A DNA stretch of 64,000 bases, taken from contig OX597826.1 of NCBI GenBank assembly GCA_951406725.2, positions 56,978,001 to 57,042,000 of the forward strand, given 5' to 3'. This DNA comes from Octopus vulgaris (Eukaryota). The notes below the pieces were generated by a model that ran no database searches, was not told the origin of the DNA, and was given only the letters and a program-made list of their open reading frames with translations. The translations under genes and the position numbers were made by a program. How positions within the stretch are numbered: position 1 is the stretch's first letter; every line of letters starts with the position of its first letter. This document shows positions 1-14,319 of this stretch, one piece after another.

Positions 1-617
1 AATTTGACTTTGGTTTTAAACCAACTAGAACTAGGGTCCACTTAGCTGTAAATAGGTAGAGTTTGGTAATAACTACTAGATGGTTGTCTAATCCTAATTT
101 AGTCCTGTTGGAGCAGAGCTATGACCAAATGTATTCCAGCAGTGTTTATATCATCTTCTTGTATATCAGAAACAATACTCAAAGAAAGTAGGGCATGATT
201 TGTCTGAATTCTAGTAGTTTGGGTGAGTATACAGAGAGGCCACTTCGTTGGCTCAAATAATAGCCAGAAGTATGCAGAAGTGGCACAGTTAATTGATAGA
301 TGTTTTGTTTGCCAATAATACTGAGTTCAACTCCACCCTTTAGACTAGCTGGAATAGGGTGAGAGTGAAGCAAGTTAGCTTGGTAGAATCTGAGGTATGA
401 GATACCCTAAATGAAGTGAAAATCTTTAGTGATACCCTTCTAAACCAATCCATTAGTGATACCTTTACAACCTAATCTCTATTATAAAACACAGAGTATT
501 CCAAAGATACTGGACAGAGATGTAGCAACTTCAAATACCCCTGAAATACAAATGGAAATAGGGAGAGGATTTTATGCATGCACACACAGAGTGAGAGAAC
601 ATATATATATATATATA

Positions 618-1142
<525 letters not shown>

Positions 1143-1215
1143 AGGGTGCAGAGAGCAAGATATTGAAAGTGGCTCTGCACACCATTTTATCTTACTATTG
1201 TGTGATATATTATAT

Positions 1216-1546
1216 TAGTGCATTCTGAGGTTATTTAGTAGTGGAACTTTTAAGAGATTTTCCAAAATTCATGGAACCTCTAACTATATTTTGTGTGCAA
1301 TCCACAACACCATAATTTCAATAAAATATTTCACAAAAGCAAAAGGTTTTAAAAAGAAAAGTTATTCATATGCAAAAAAAAAAAAAAAAAATAAACAATA
1401 GAATTTCATTCTTTTGAAATGGTAAATACCATTTTTTTCTTTTGTTGATAAAATAAATCTGTATTAAAAGGCATCATATACAGGGGAACCCCAAAATCTT
1501 TTCACAAAACCCTAGTGTTCACCAGAAACTACTCTGAGAAACATTG
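1216..1546. mobile_element. possible degenerate hAT (Charlie-like) MITE
   Basis: Right end ...AAACCCTAGTGTTCACCAGAAACTACTCTGAGAAACATTG resembles hAT MITE termini (GAGAAACACTG), with repeated GGAAC(C/T) submotifs. Left end is degraded and no TSD is seen. Confidence 0.35.
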
Positions 1547-2225
1547 CATTGATCTGTGACCAACTAGAAGTACTACGGGCAGTGTTTGGTAGCAGTGGTG
1601 ATGGTGGTGGTGGTGGTGGTGGTTGTAGTGGTGGTGATGAGAGTTTCTCCCATTGCTATTTTATTAAACCGAAAAATCCCCTGATCCCCTCCCCACAAAA
1701 CATATCGAGAATAAGAAAGTAGATAGATGATTGTTACATTACCATCTTGTGCTCCACCCCTGCCACCAAGAATAAAGAAGCAGTTTGTATTCCATGGTAA
1801 GAGAGAGAGAGAGAGAGAGAGAGACACAGATGGGTAGGTGGTAGGGGGTGGGAGATAAACTATGTTATTGTCGTAAACCATTGAGGGAGAAGATGTTAAA
1901 CGAAACTTAAAGAATTGTCGGGGCGTATCGATCACTAACATGAGACAACATTGAATATTATCTTTAAATTCTATGTATGTGTGAGTGGGATGGTGAGGGG
2001 GAGGAAGTGGAGGTGAATGTGGGTGGGGTTTTTTGTCATTTTTCTTGTTTTTGTTTTTATTATATTAAATCAAGATAATGACAATAACAAAAACAACACG
2101 AACAAAGCAGATGTTAAAATAACATTGAGTTTTATTTTAGACCCCAAAATTAAAGAATGGATGGATATTGAAATTTAAATAAAATATAAAACAATTAAAA
2201 AAAACAAATGAAAATTAGTTGATTT

Positions 2226-2272
2226 ATATATATATATGTATATATGTGTATGTATATGTATATATATGTATG

Positions 2273-2324
<52 letters not shown>

Positions 2325-2598
2325 TATATGTGTGTGTATATATATATATATGTAATAAATATGTATGTATACATACATATGTATGTATATATATATTATG
2401 TATATGTGTATATATATATATTCACACATGTATATATATATATATATACATAAACACACACACACATATATATATTCACACTTATGTATATGTATATATA
2501 TATATTCACTTATACATGCACACACACATATATGTATATATGCATATAGGCATGCATATATATATATATATATATATATACCTAACACGTAACACTCT

Positions 2599-2660
<62 letters not shown>

Positions 2661-2830
2661 ATATATTTGTATGTATGTATGTATGTATGCATGTATGTAT
2701 GTATGATGTATCTTTGTTTGAATATATGGATATGTTGAGTATGTATATTTTAAATATATACTTGTGTATGTGTGTGCGTGTGTGTGTGTGTGGACAAATA
2801 TATATGTATATATAAAACACATAAACACAC
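2226..2830. repeat. long compound (TA)n/(CA)n/(TATG)n tract
   Basis: Read directly; explains the YI/HT-repeat ORFs at 2175-2838. Confidence 0.95.
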
Positions 2831-3026
2831 ACGAACATATTCTGAGGAAGTTGTAATAGTTGTTACCTTGTTTTTCGATTTTCCTTGTTTATTGTTTTTT
2901 TGAATTTTTTATTTATTTGGATTTTTAATTTTCTGGTTTAATGGGGGAAAGTATTAATGGAGAAAAATATGAATATATTTGTGAAATGAGTTTTTCTTAT
3001 TCAACAGAGATTCTATCAGATGTTAA

Positions 3027-3057
3027 AATAATAATAATAATAGTGATGATGATGATG

Positions 3058-3126
<69 letters not shown>

Positions 3127-3127
3127 T
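3027..3127. repeat. (ATA)n microsatellite with short (GAT)n interruption
   Basis: Read directly. Confidence 0.95.
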
Positions 3128-3461
3128 ATAACGGCAACAACAACAACAAAAACAACAATAATAATATAAAAATAATAAAATATATATAAACGAAAAGAAA
3201 TTTAATAAAGTCAATTTAATCAATACTAACAGCCTTTGTCCTTTCCCTCAAACATCATCCACCTCTTTTTTAAATGTTTTGTGTTGTTTTTTATTTTTTT
3301 AAAAGACAAACAACAATAACAGCAACACCAAAGAATTAATAACTGACTACAAAGATAAAATAGAATAAGCCACAATATCAGGAAAAAATTAGACCTCAAA
3401 GATAATGTAGTTGGGTCAGCAATGGATAACACTAGAATATGGCAAGAGTTTTCTGTTTGAC

Positions 3462-3524
<63 letters not shown>

Positions 3525-3600
3525 GTCTGTCTATCGATTGATAAATCGATCTATCTATCCATCCAGCCATCCAACCATCTATCTATCTATCAATCCATCT
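3462..3600. repeat. (TCTA)n tetranucleotide microsatellite, degenerating rightwards
   Basis: Read directly. Confidence 0.9.
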
Positions 3601-4646
3601 AGCTATCTTTTTAAAGAAGTGGAAAAATTCATTAGTAACAAACGCCAGATATAGCGAGCCTTAACAAATGGAAACTGAACAGAATGCTTTTGATGTACGA
3701 TTACTTTTTTGGCAGAATGAGGAAGAGACATTCCAGCCTGTTCTACTGTTGTCATTCCTAAATATTATCTTTTCATCTGTTTTATTTATCCATTATTGGA
3801 ATTTTTATTTACAGAAAGGAAAATTTATATACACATATTATTTATATATATATATATATATATATAAAATGTATGTATATATACATATATATAAATATAC
3901 ACAGACAAACACATATAGACGTATATATTATACATATTCATGCATGTACACTTAAGATATACATACACAAACAATACACACACAAAGACACACCAAAAAT
4001 GAATTAACAAATGAATAAATTTGAATCAGAACAACAACGACAATAACGCGACCACTACCGTCCCTAACACAACCACCACCACCACCACTAACAACAACAA
4101 CAACAACAACAACAGCCAATGCAAAAGCAACAACACAAGCGAATTATTCATCTCCTATGATTTGTAGTTTCACACATCAAACTAAGAATAGAAATATCCT
4201 TATTTAAGTGCCATTAATTCCAACTTCTTCACTGGCTTTCTCCAGAAAATGTCTGATAAATGAAAATTTTTCTTATTATCATCTTGCTATTTTATTTCTT
4301 AATGATAGCAAGAGTTTTAATTTAGCTTTTCGAATCACTGAAATGGTCTGCCATTGTGATTGCAAACAATACTGCCATTATACTCCTGTTTAATTATTTG
4401 GCTAAATTGTTATTGGAAGCAAGTCTTGCAATTGAAATGAATGTGAAATTTCTAGTTTTCTCCATCCTCCCCACCGCCTTGATACTGTCGCTTTTATCTA
4501 GCTAGATATTTTGCCTTTGCTAGTGTTGGTGTTGGTGTCGATGTTGGCGGCGAAGGTGGCATTAAATTTTAGCTTAGATTCGTAATGGGAGAGGTGGTTG
4601 GGAAATAGCAAAATAGTAATAGTAATAATAAAAACAACAATAATCC

Positions 4647-4647
<1 letters not shown>

Positions 4648-4680
<33 letters not shown>

Positions 4681-4683
4681 CAT

Positions 4684-4739
<56 letters not shown>

Positions 4740-4750
4740 GATTATTATTG
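4648..4750. repeat. (TTA)n microsatellite
   Basis: Read directly. Confidence 0.95.
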
Positions 4751-4959
4751 TGTAAATATACCAGTTTGCCTGTCTCTCTGTCTATCTGGTTGTCTGGTTT
4801 TGTCTGGTCACTGAGACAAAAAAAAGAGCAGTCAGTGAGTGTGAAAAACGATCTGTGATTTACAAAAGAAAAAATAGAAGAAAGAAATTGACTGGAAAGT
4901 ACATAACATAGATATTCCCAAGGTGTAAATTTCAAATGATTATTAGTATTATTATTGTT

Positions 4960-4992
<33 letters not shown>

Positions 4993-5660
4993 GTTATCAT
5001 CATGATCATCATCATTGTCATCAGCATTGTTGCTATTGTTATTTTTCATTTGCTAAAAGTCTCATTAAAACAAAAAGTTTTTGTGAGAAATGCATTGTGT
5101 CCTGAACTGTCATATCATATATAATGTCAGCTAACACCAAAAGTGAACTGCGACAGTGGGTTAGCAGACACGAATGACAAGGAACAGGACAACTTGAGGC
5201 AGAATTAAGTAACAGTTCTTCACTTATAAGTTGCTTAGTGCAAAGCTGCTAGTGTGGAGGGGATCGGATGGATTGAAGAGTCAGTGTCTAGAAGGTGGAT
5301 TAGATCCTGCCAACTGTTTTGTTTCTTTCTTGCTTTGTCCACCACCACCAACTCCAATTCTCCTGACGGAGAGGTGAGAATGAAATAGATAGATAGAGGT
5401 GAGAAGATAGATAGAGAGAAAGAGAGAGACAAAGACAGAAAAAGAGGAAGTGAGAGAGATGAATGAAACCCGTAAGACTGGTCAAAGCGTCAATAAGAAT
5501 TCTCTAATCTAATAAATGTTGTCATCCTGCATACCAAGTGGCAATTTTAGTGCACACTGTTCTCCTAGGTCCTGCTCATCAACATTGAAAAACATCAACT
5601 ACAACTACAATGTGACATCATAAGTAATGAAGAATATTCCCAAACTGCTCTCCAGCCAGG

Positions 5661-5710
5661 TATTATTATTATCACTACCACCACCACCACCATCATCATA
5701 ATAATCATTG

Positions 5711-5747
<37 letters not shown>

Positions 5748-5762
5748 TATTATCATTGATTC

Positions 5763-5820
<58 letters not shown>

Positions 5821-5935
5821 AGCATTCCCCTGTTCTCTCAGTGACACAAGGGGAGCTGCATTGCTGCTCACCATAAATAATAGTAAATATTAAAGTAGCA
5901 TTGCTGATGATGACACTGACAATGATGGGTGGTTG

Positions 5936-5975
<40 letters not shown>

Positions 5976-6030
5976 GATGATGATGATGATGATGATGATG
6001 AAGATGATGATGATGATGATGATGATGATG
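5661..6030. repeat. trinucleotide cluster: (CAC)n, (CAT)n, (TAT)n, then (GAT)n
   Basis: Read directly; (CAT)n near 5712-5746 and (GAT)n at 5936-6030 are complementary. Confidence 0.9.
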
Positions 6031-6931
6031 CAAGTGGTTTTGACATGTGTTGGTTAGCAGTTAAGATGAAGATATGGAGGTGGAGAGGTTTGCAATGATA
6101 ATAATGCTGGTGGGAATTGTGATAATGAAACATTGGTGGTTGGTGGTAAAAGCTGGTGCTGACGAGTGGTGTTTATGGCAGCAGAAGCTTACCATAATGA
6201 TGTTGGTGACAATAGCTGTTGAGGTTACAAGCAGGGATAATAACCAGCGTATAGTAGTGATATATGGTGGCATGTCACTATGTCAAGTTAGCACAGGTGC
6301 CAGAAATCATAGTTAGAGGACACTTCAGTAATAAACTGTGGAGAAAAGGAAAAAAAAAAAGGAAGATGGGAAGAAGAAAGAATATGAGAAAAGATGAAAC
6401 AAATGAAGTGAGGGGGGAGGAAAGATGAAGAGAAGACAAGGATGAGGATGAGAGACATGAAAAGAAAGAATAGAAGATGGCAAAAGTAAGATAGAAAGAA
6501 AAGGTGTAAAGACGATAATGACATCAGAGATGAGACTATAGCCACCAAATATTAAATTTATGTACTTTAGTAACTGACAATGGAGTCAGGAATGTCAGTA
6601 AGTTAGACGAGTTTCTTCATGCTACTATATAACATTAATTTGAACATATGAAACCGTGTACAGATTTATGTTTGCTACTAGTCGACACCAAGTCAAAAGG
6701 CTGTTTTTGTACTGTGCATCTCGAAGTACATTATTCTACATCTAAAATTAATATGGAAGGTTCATGGCTGGAATGGCTTTGATCATAGATTTGCTTATTC
6801 AGGCTGACCTTGGGTTAACAACGAGAACAGTTTTTATACTTTTGTTAATAATGAAGAGCATTTTCTAGTACGGACAGTAGAAACAGAGATACAAAGAGAC
6901 AGACATATAACTCGCACTAGTCCAGTTCACT

Positions 6932-7152
6932 TCATCATCATCACCATTATCATATAACATCCATTTTCCACGATGGCATGGATTAGATGGTTTGGTAGGA
7001 ATAAGAAAGTCAGAAGATTGCACCAAGTTCTGCTGTCTGTTTTGGCATGGTTTCTGCAACTGGATACCCTTCCTAACAAAAACCACTTTACAGAGGGTAC
7101 TGGGTGCAGTGAGGTCACCAAGTAACTTGCAAGACAAGACTCCTTCAACTGG
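6932..7152 (-). mobile_element. old RTE-type 3' end related to family B
   Basis: (CAT)n tail, then TAACATCCATTTTCCA and CTGGATACCCTTCCTAAC, the reverse complement of the family B AGGAAGGGCATCCAG motif. Diverged. Confidence 0.7.
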
Positions 7153-7197
7153 TAGGTTCACTTGACTGAAATTAATTATTGCTCATGTTGTTGTTAG

Positions 7198-7365
7198 GGT
7201 GATGGAGTGGCAGAATTGTAAGAGTATTATACAAAATGCATTGTTGTATTTGTTCAATCTCTTTACATTTCGAGTTCAAATTCTGCTGAGATCAACTTTA
7301 CTAATTATTCTTCAGGATTCAAGAAAGAAAGTAGTAGTCAAGTACTAGAGTTGAATCAGTTGACT
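7198..7365 (+). mobile_element. degenerate family C-like SINE
   Basis: TGGCAGAATTG ... GAGTTCAAATTCTGCTGAGATCAACTTT aligns with the young family C copy at 16386. Confidence 0.6.
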
Positions 7366-7497
7366 GTCAATTTGTGCCGACATGCAATGGGTTTGAAGGG
7401 AACAGTTGGATTAAGACCCCCACCCCAAATGAGAGGGCTCCTCAGACACTCCAGCTGGGGTACATAGAAGTCACATCAATATTTCTAATATACAATA

Positions 7498-7717
7498 AGG
7501 TGGGGAGCTGGTAGACTTGTTAGCATGCCAGGCAAATTGCTTAGTAGTATGTCCTCTATCTTCACATTCTGAGTTCAAATTTTACCTAGGTCGACTTTGC
7601 CGTTCATCTCTTTCAGAGTTAACGGAATAATCATCAGTTCAGCACTGGGGGTGATGTAATCGACTTACACCTGCTCCAAAGTTGCTGGCCTTGTGTCAAA
7701 ATCTGAAACCAATATTT
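7498..7717 (+). mobile_element. older family C-like SINE
   Basis: GAGCTGGTAGAC ... TTCTGAGTTCAAATTTTACCTAGGTCGACTTTGCC ... GATGTAATCGACTTA. Confidence 0.75.
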
Positions 7718-7754
7718 CTTTTATGCAATAACCTCTATTACTGTCAATGCTATG

Positions 7755-7793
<39 letters not shown>

Positions 7794-7829
7794 ACATTCT
7801 GTCTGTCTCTCACTAAAAAGAAAAAAGAT

Positions 7830-8035
7830 TAGCTTATTCTCATCTAGTCCTAGGACAACCCTGATTAAGCAGAGTCAATATTAAAAGTTGCAACCATAAA
7901 TCATCCCATCTGTTTGTATATCGAAAGGACTGTCCTATGTGCCCTTCCCTTTTAAGATGATTGTGTGTAAATGGAGGGAGTCTAGCTCCTGTGTATATCA
8001 TGTCGAGTGACTACACAGAACCTCCCTCATTTGCT
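7830..8035 (-). mobile_element. old retroposon, family E
   Basis: Reverse-orientation match to the family E segments seen at 8458 and 60622. Confidence 0.5.
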
Positions 8036-8457
8036 CAACTGAAATTTGGTTGGTATGACAAGCAGGTAATGCTCACAACTAAATAAGCAATAAATTAACT
8101 ATAGAAATTGATCAGATATCTTTTATTGAACTCCTGCAGAAAACCAGATTATCAGTTTACCACTAAGACCACTTCAGGAAGAACAATCAAACAATCAACA
8201 AATGAAAACAAGTGAAATATATGACCAGGAATTAATACAGAACAGCATAGTTGATATCACTAAAGGCAGCTATAAATTAAGCATATGGCCAATGCAGAGG
8301 GTGAACATGTAGTCTCATTAGGTAAGGAGGAGTCTTTAGTGCATTGCTCAGCCTGCTAGAAATATTTGGTTCGGATCAACTAATAAGGAACACTGTAATT
8401 GATGCCTTTGAATTGCGTAGCTGGCTAATGAAGGTGATAATTACATGGCCACATGTA

Positions 8458-8656
8458 CCAACAAGGAGTCATGCAGCTGCTTGAATTGCTAGAAATAGTA
8501 GCCAAATTGTCTTCAAATGCTGCCCTAATGCCTATATTGGATAATGTAGTCTTAGTACACTATTCATGGAAAAAGGAGAAAGAAAAGACTGGATTGTCAT
8601 AGCTGGAATGCTTTTGGTCATAAGTCTATAACGATAAGGACTAACTTGGAGCCAAC
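8458..8656 (+). mobile_element. old (CAA)n-tailed retroposon, family E
   Basis: TGCTAGAAATAGTAGCCAAAT ... TTGGATAATGTAGTC ... GTCATAGCTGGAATGCTTTTGGTCATA; the same blocks recur more than 10 times in the window. Confidence 0.65.
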
Positions 8657-9992
8657 GATTTTTGATAAACTCCATAACCTTTTAGGTGATTCTGTCATGA
8701 AGTGTGTCTAGAATAACTAAACATGGCAGAGCCCATCTATCACCAAATTACATTTGTAGAATTATTTGAAGCCAGCACTGCAAGCTCACAAAACACTTGT
8801 CGATTGATGAGTATTCCTGCTGCAAACAGCCACTGAGCTTTACCACTCTGGTTAGGTGGACTTAGTCACCTAAAAATTAAAGTAAAGGTCTTGGCTACAG
8901 ACTCAGTGCAGTACAGGGAATAGAATATGAAATGTTCATATGTTGGCTGGCAGTTTTGGCACTTTATCAAGTTGGACAGCTGCGACACTGAATTACATCA
9001 CCTCCACATTAATAATGAATTAGATGTGAAGATGATAGAAGTTACAAATAAAAGTGACATCATTCTGTACATTGGAGATTTAGGTGTGTTAATGAATAAA
9101 GAAACATCAGAGAATAATGTATCCGTCTTTCTATCACTAATGCTGGATTGACATTTCTGAGCGATGATCTGTTTAGATGTGTGTGTATATATATATTGAT
9201 GTATCAATATGTTGTAAGGAAAAGTAAGTATTTATGCATGAGTGTGGTTTGCAAAAATGCATGTGTGCATATGTAGCTATATTAGAAGATGGACTTTAGT
9301 GAGCAAAGCTCACTTCAGGTATATGTGTGTGTGTGTACTTGTATCTGTCTGTCCATGTGTTTATATGTTGTCCAGTGAATGTGCAAATGCATGTGTGTAT
9401 ATGTAACATTCCCCACTGGTGGCTGGACATTTACAAATTGATCTGTTAAACTGTGTACGTATGATGTGTTGTGCTCTGTGTCTATATGTGAATATGCTGT
9501 TGAGTGAATGCGAAAACTGATGCAAGAGTATGTTCTGCACAAAAGAATTTGTATTTATGTAACTATCACCGTTAGTGGAAGAACATTTGCGAGAGTAGCA
9601 ATCTGGTTAGATGCGTATATATATGTTGTATTTTATTGCATGTCTGTATGGGTATGTTGTTGAATGAATGTGTAGGTTTATACATGAGCATGCTCTGTAT
9701 AAATGTCGGTGTGTACTGGTCTATGTTGTATGACTATTTGGAAATGTATGCATGCGTGTGTATGGAAATAAAAAAAAAAAGGGGACCGAGAAAGAGGTAG
9801 AAGGTCAGTGAGAGTGAGAATGCATACAATTATGACTTCCAGACTAAAATACATTACGAGATCGAATAAAATTTCTAAAGCTGTCGCACCCATTACTTTT
9901 ATGTGTTCAAATTGGAAATTATACATACACAGATACATTGGAATATAAACGTAGATTTGCATACACGTATCTATGCGTGTGTGTTTGTGTGT

Positions 9993-10034
<42 letters not shown>

Positions 10035-10063
10035 ACATGCATACATACCTATGTGCGTGCACA

Positions 10064-10100
<37 letters not shown>

Positions 10101-10517
10101 GCATAGATATGTATATGAAATCAAATGTTTGAAATTTCAAAACCAGTTGTTGGTTGTTTTTGAGATGAGGAAAGGTGTTAGGCTGCATACAAATTTATGT
10201 ATATTGTAAATAAAAGATTTGCAATAAAACTTCAGTAACTACAGTAACAAACAAATTATTATTGGGTTTCTAACAATTGGCTCAAGCACTTCTTTTTCAC
10301 CTCGCCAGAAGGTGCTTTGCATAGTAAATATATTCTGGCTTTTCACTGATAGGAATAATCCTGGGAGACGAAGACATGGGAACAACATACTGCAGCAGCA
10401 GCAGTAGCATCAGCAATGAAACATCAAGAATAGTTAATAAAATTAAATAAAAACAACCCAAAATAAAAAAAAAAATGAAGAGAATCAATTATGAGCAATG
10501 AAACAGGGAGAATTTTA

Positions 10518-11030
<513 letters not shown>

Positions 11031-12539
11031 GCACTCATACAAGCATCACCATAAATAAGTTTCTAAGAAGTAGCTCCCAGCATCTTCATATGGTGAAATG
11101 GCATGGATAAGCTAAGGTTGAAGCGGAGGGTGGGGATAAAAATTTCTTAGCCATTTTGTTTGTTTGTTTATTTTACCATTCACTGTTGTTGTTGTTGTTG
11201 TTGTTGCTGTTGCTGGTTGGGGTGGAGGCAGCTGCAGTGGTGGTGGTGTTGTTGTTCTGCAAAAGCTACTAAACAAGGGGAAACCTCAAGATAAAATGAA
11301 AAATGAGGAATTCATATCAACCACCAACACCACCACCCCCATCAACACCAGCAGCAAAACCCCACCTCCAAACCCCACCACCATTAGCACCACCCCATCA
11401 CCTACATCATTAACACCACCACCACCACCACCATCACCGCCACTGTTGTCATAAGGGAACTACCTCCTAACCTACTCACCGAGAGAAGGTGCTGGTGTTT
11501 TGTACACAAACACTGTGGTCAAAGGTGTTTACTAGAACAACACTGTACAGGAGGAACTGAGTGAAATAGTGGTGGTGGTGGTGGCGGTTGTGATGTTGGC
11601 TTGATGGTGAGGTCATGAGTGATGGTGGTGACGATGACAATGATGATGATGATGATGATGAAGATGCAAAACGCTTAAGAGAAAATTATCTGAGAAAGAA
11701 CAAAGAAGAAAAGTTAAAACAAACAAACCCAACTATATAGCCCAAAACAAACCAAAATGTTGATACCATCTGTGAGTTATGAATTGGAAGAGTGTTTATA
11801 AGAGATGTGTCCCCTCTTCTTGTTGTATCTTCTTTCTGCCCCATTATGCATAATGGGAAAAGAAGAAGAGCAGATCAAGAGGCACTCTGGGGGTGGGAAG
11901 TGGAGGGGTAGAAAAGGTGGTGGTAATAGTTGGGTTCAAGAAAAGTGCTCCCTGCATGGAGTTTTGATTGGAAACAAGAGAAATATGAAAGATGATGATG
12001 ATGATGATGATGATTATGATAATAATGATGATGATGATTGAAGAGGAGGACAAGTCCAAAGAAATGACAGATGATCATTTTTATTTGAAATTATATTTTA
12101 TTCCATTTTGTTGCTAAGTACTTAGTTAAAAGTTTAGAAAATTGTTAAAATAAACAAAAAAATTAAAATATAATGCTTTTCACAGTGTACTAGGATTCTA
12201 TAAATACAATTTACAAAATGAAATATAGGTTTTCTTATTCAATTTTTCTTTTTCCATTATTTCTAAAATTTGAAATAAAAACAAAAAAAATGCAATCCAC
12301 TAAAAGTTAGACAAAGTAGAAAAGAGTAAAATGCTTTATAATTTACTAACAAAAAAAAAAACAAAACAAAAATTTGATTAGTTCCTATTCTTAGCTCACT
12401 GGTGAATTTGACCTGATGTCCACTGCACTTTAGTTGGGGTTCCCCAAGATATTGTCTGTTTCTTGAGCAAAAAATAAATAAATAAAAAGAGAATAAGTAA
12501 ATTCTTTGCAATTATTGGTGGTGGGTGTCATCAATGTTT

Positions 12540-12730
12540 GTGCTGTTGTTTAGTCCCAGGTCAGCTGTGGGCAATCAAACCAAGGCGAAATATGTTGCAT
12601 CTGTGGGCAATCGTATTTTTATTTCTCTAGGCTTATAATAAGGACACTAGATAACCTACGTTATCCAGAGTCCTTTTTTTTTTTTAATAGAGTGTGATTT
12701 CAAGGAGATTTGGTGGTTAATTCGCAGGCT
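12540..12730 (-). mobile_element. family E copy
   Basis: GTTGTTTAGTCCCAGGTCAG ... GTGTGATTTCAAGGAGATTTGG; a second degenerate copy follows at about 12920-13080. Confidence 0.55.
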
Positions 12731-13783
12731 GTAGTTTTTAGGCAATAGTTTTAAAAAACTCCAGTTAGGTAGTGAAAAGAAGAAAGAAGGTGATAAAAAG
12801 ATAGTTTGCCTTTATTTGGAACTACTAAACCTAGAGAGATTCTGTAAAGGCAGCAGATTCTTTCCCATTTGATAGTGGTATTGGTGGTGGTGGTATTGGT
12901 GGTGGTGGTGGTGGTGATGGTTGCTGTTTTTCTCCCAAATCAATCCTATGATTAAAGATATTCCAACCAGGTCCATCTTGCCTTTCTAGATATCCGATAT
13001 AGCTTTCTCCTTTTCTTTTTTTTTATTTTGATTTAGCTGCTATTTCTAGCAGATTGAGCAAATTGAAATTCTTATGTTGGTTCTGGATGATGATGATGAT
13101 GATGATGATGGTGGAGTGGGTGGGTATACTAATGACTGAATCCAATGTTATACGGTAAGAAGGCATAACTTACTGAGAAGATATCAAGTTATTTTTAAAA
13201 TTGCTTCACAAAATTAGAAATTGGATTTAAAACACTAATAAGGAATAAGAGAAAAATAAATGGCCATAATTGAAATGAACCAACTTACATCACAGCAGGC
13301 AACGATTGTACATACCCCGCCTCTCTTTCTCTCACACACACAGATGCATAAAGATTCCAGGAATCCGGTGACACACAAGTGCTTGTACACACAAGATCAC
13401 ATTGTATACAATGAACAAAAATATATTATGTGGTTCTGGTATTTAAAGTCTTGCTCTATTTTATCTCTGCTTTTCGTATCATTGAGAAATGAAATTATGT
13501 TCTTGGAATTTCATCAGAATTTTTATTAGGCTGGTTTCTGTTTCAGTGATAGTTGTAGTCACTACACAACTATTTAAAATCTTTATTGAATACTGTCACT
13601 TGATGAACTCCAACATTATATCACTTAGATTTTAGTACAAATATTAGATTGAATTGGAGTAGTGATTTATAGAACATCTTTAAAGACTTCTTCATTGTTC
13701 ACCACTGCTTGTGGTGACTTAAAATTTATACAAATCTCATACTTGTATATATACATATGTGTGTGTGTGTGTGTGTGTGTATG

Positions 13784-14281
13784 TACATTGAAATCCTGGA
13801 AATAATTGTTAAACCCTGGATAGACAGTGTATACAATGGAAGGCCATATGTGTTTCAGTAAGACTCTGCACTATCACACATGGCTCTAGTAACACAGGAA
13901 TGAATGGCTGAAAATTTTCATGATCACACAACCCCTAACATTTGGCCTCCTAATTTCCAAGATCTCAATCCATTGGACTATTATACGTGGAGTGTTGTTG
14001 AGAGAGAGGTCAATGAACATGCCCATAACACCAAAGATTCTTTGAAAGCTGCTATAGTCAGAGTAATGTCCAAAATGAACCAGGACCACTTGATTTGAGC
14101 ATGTAGATGATTTAGATCTCATATAGAAGCAGTTGTTGAAGCTGAAGCTGGCTTTATTGAAAAACATTATAAAAAAGAAAGTTTATTTTTATCCTCATGG
14201 CATTTTTTGATAAATAAAGTTATCTATTATTATCTGTTTTTTTTATAAACAAATCTGTCCTCAAATATCTTACACACCCTG
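13784..14281 (+). mobile_element. Tc1/mariner DD37D (maT-type) transposon, 3' fragment with pseudogenised transposase
   Basis: Translates YIEILEIIVKPWIDSVYNGRPYVFQ*DSALSH...WPPNFQDLNPLDYYTWSVVE...HNTKDSLKAAI...AC..FRSHIEAVVEAEAGFIE. I count 37 residues between the D of Q*DSA and the D of PLDY. Ends in TIR-like CACACCCTG followed by TA; several stop codons. Confidence 0.88.
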
Positions 14282-14319
14282 TATATATGACTGAATCTAT
14301 ATACACACATATATATACC

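Noticed and set aside
401-463. Three GATACC words spaced 30 and 27 bp apart (SIX-like sites)
   Set aside because: Short motif in what looks like a decayed local tandem repeat; no independent support for function.
11164-11454. 96-aa ORF with hydrophobic start and Pro/Thr-rich end
   Set aside because: Made of (GTT)n, (GGT)n and (CAC)n repeats with a non-ATG start.
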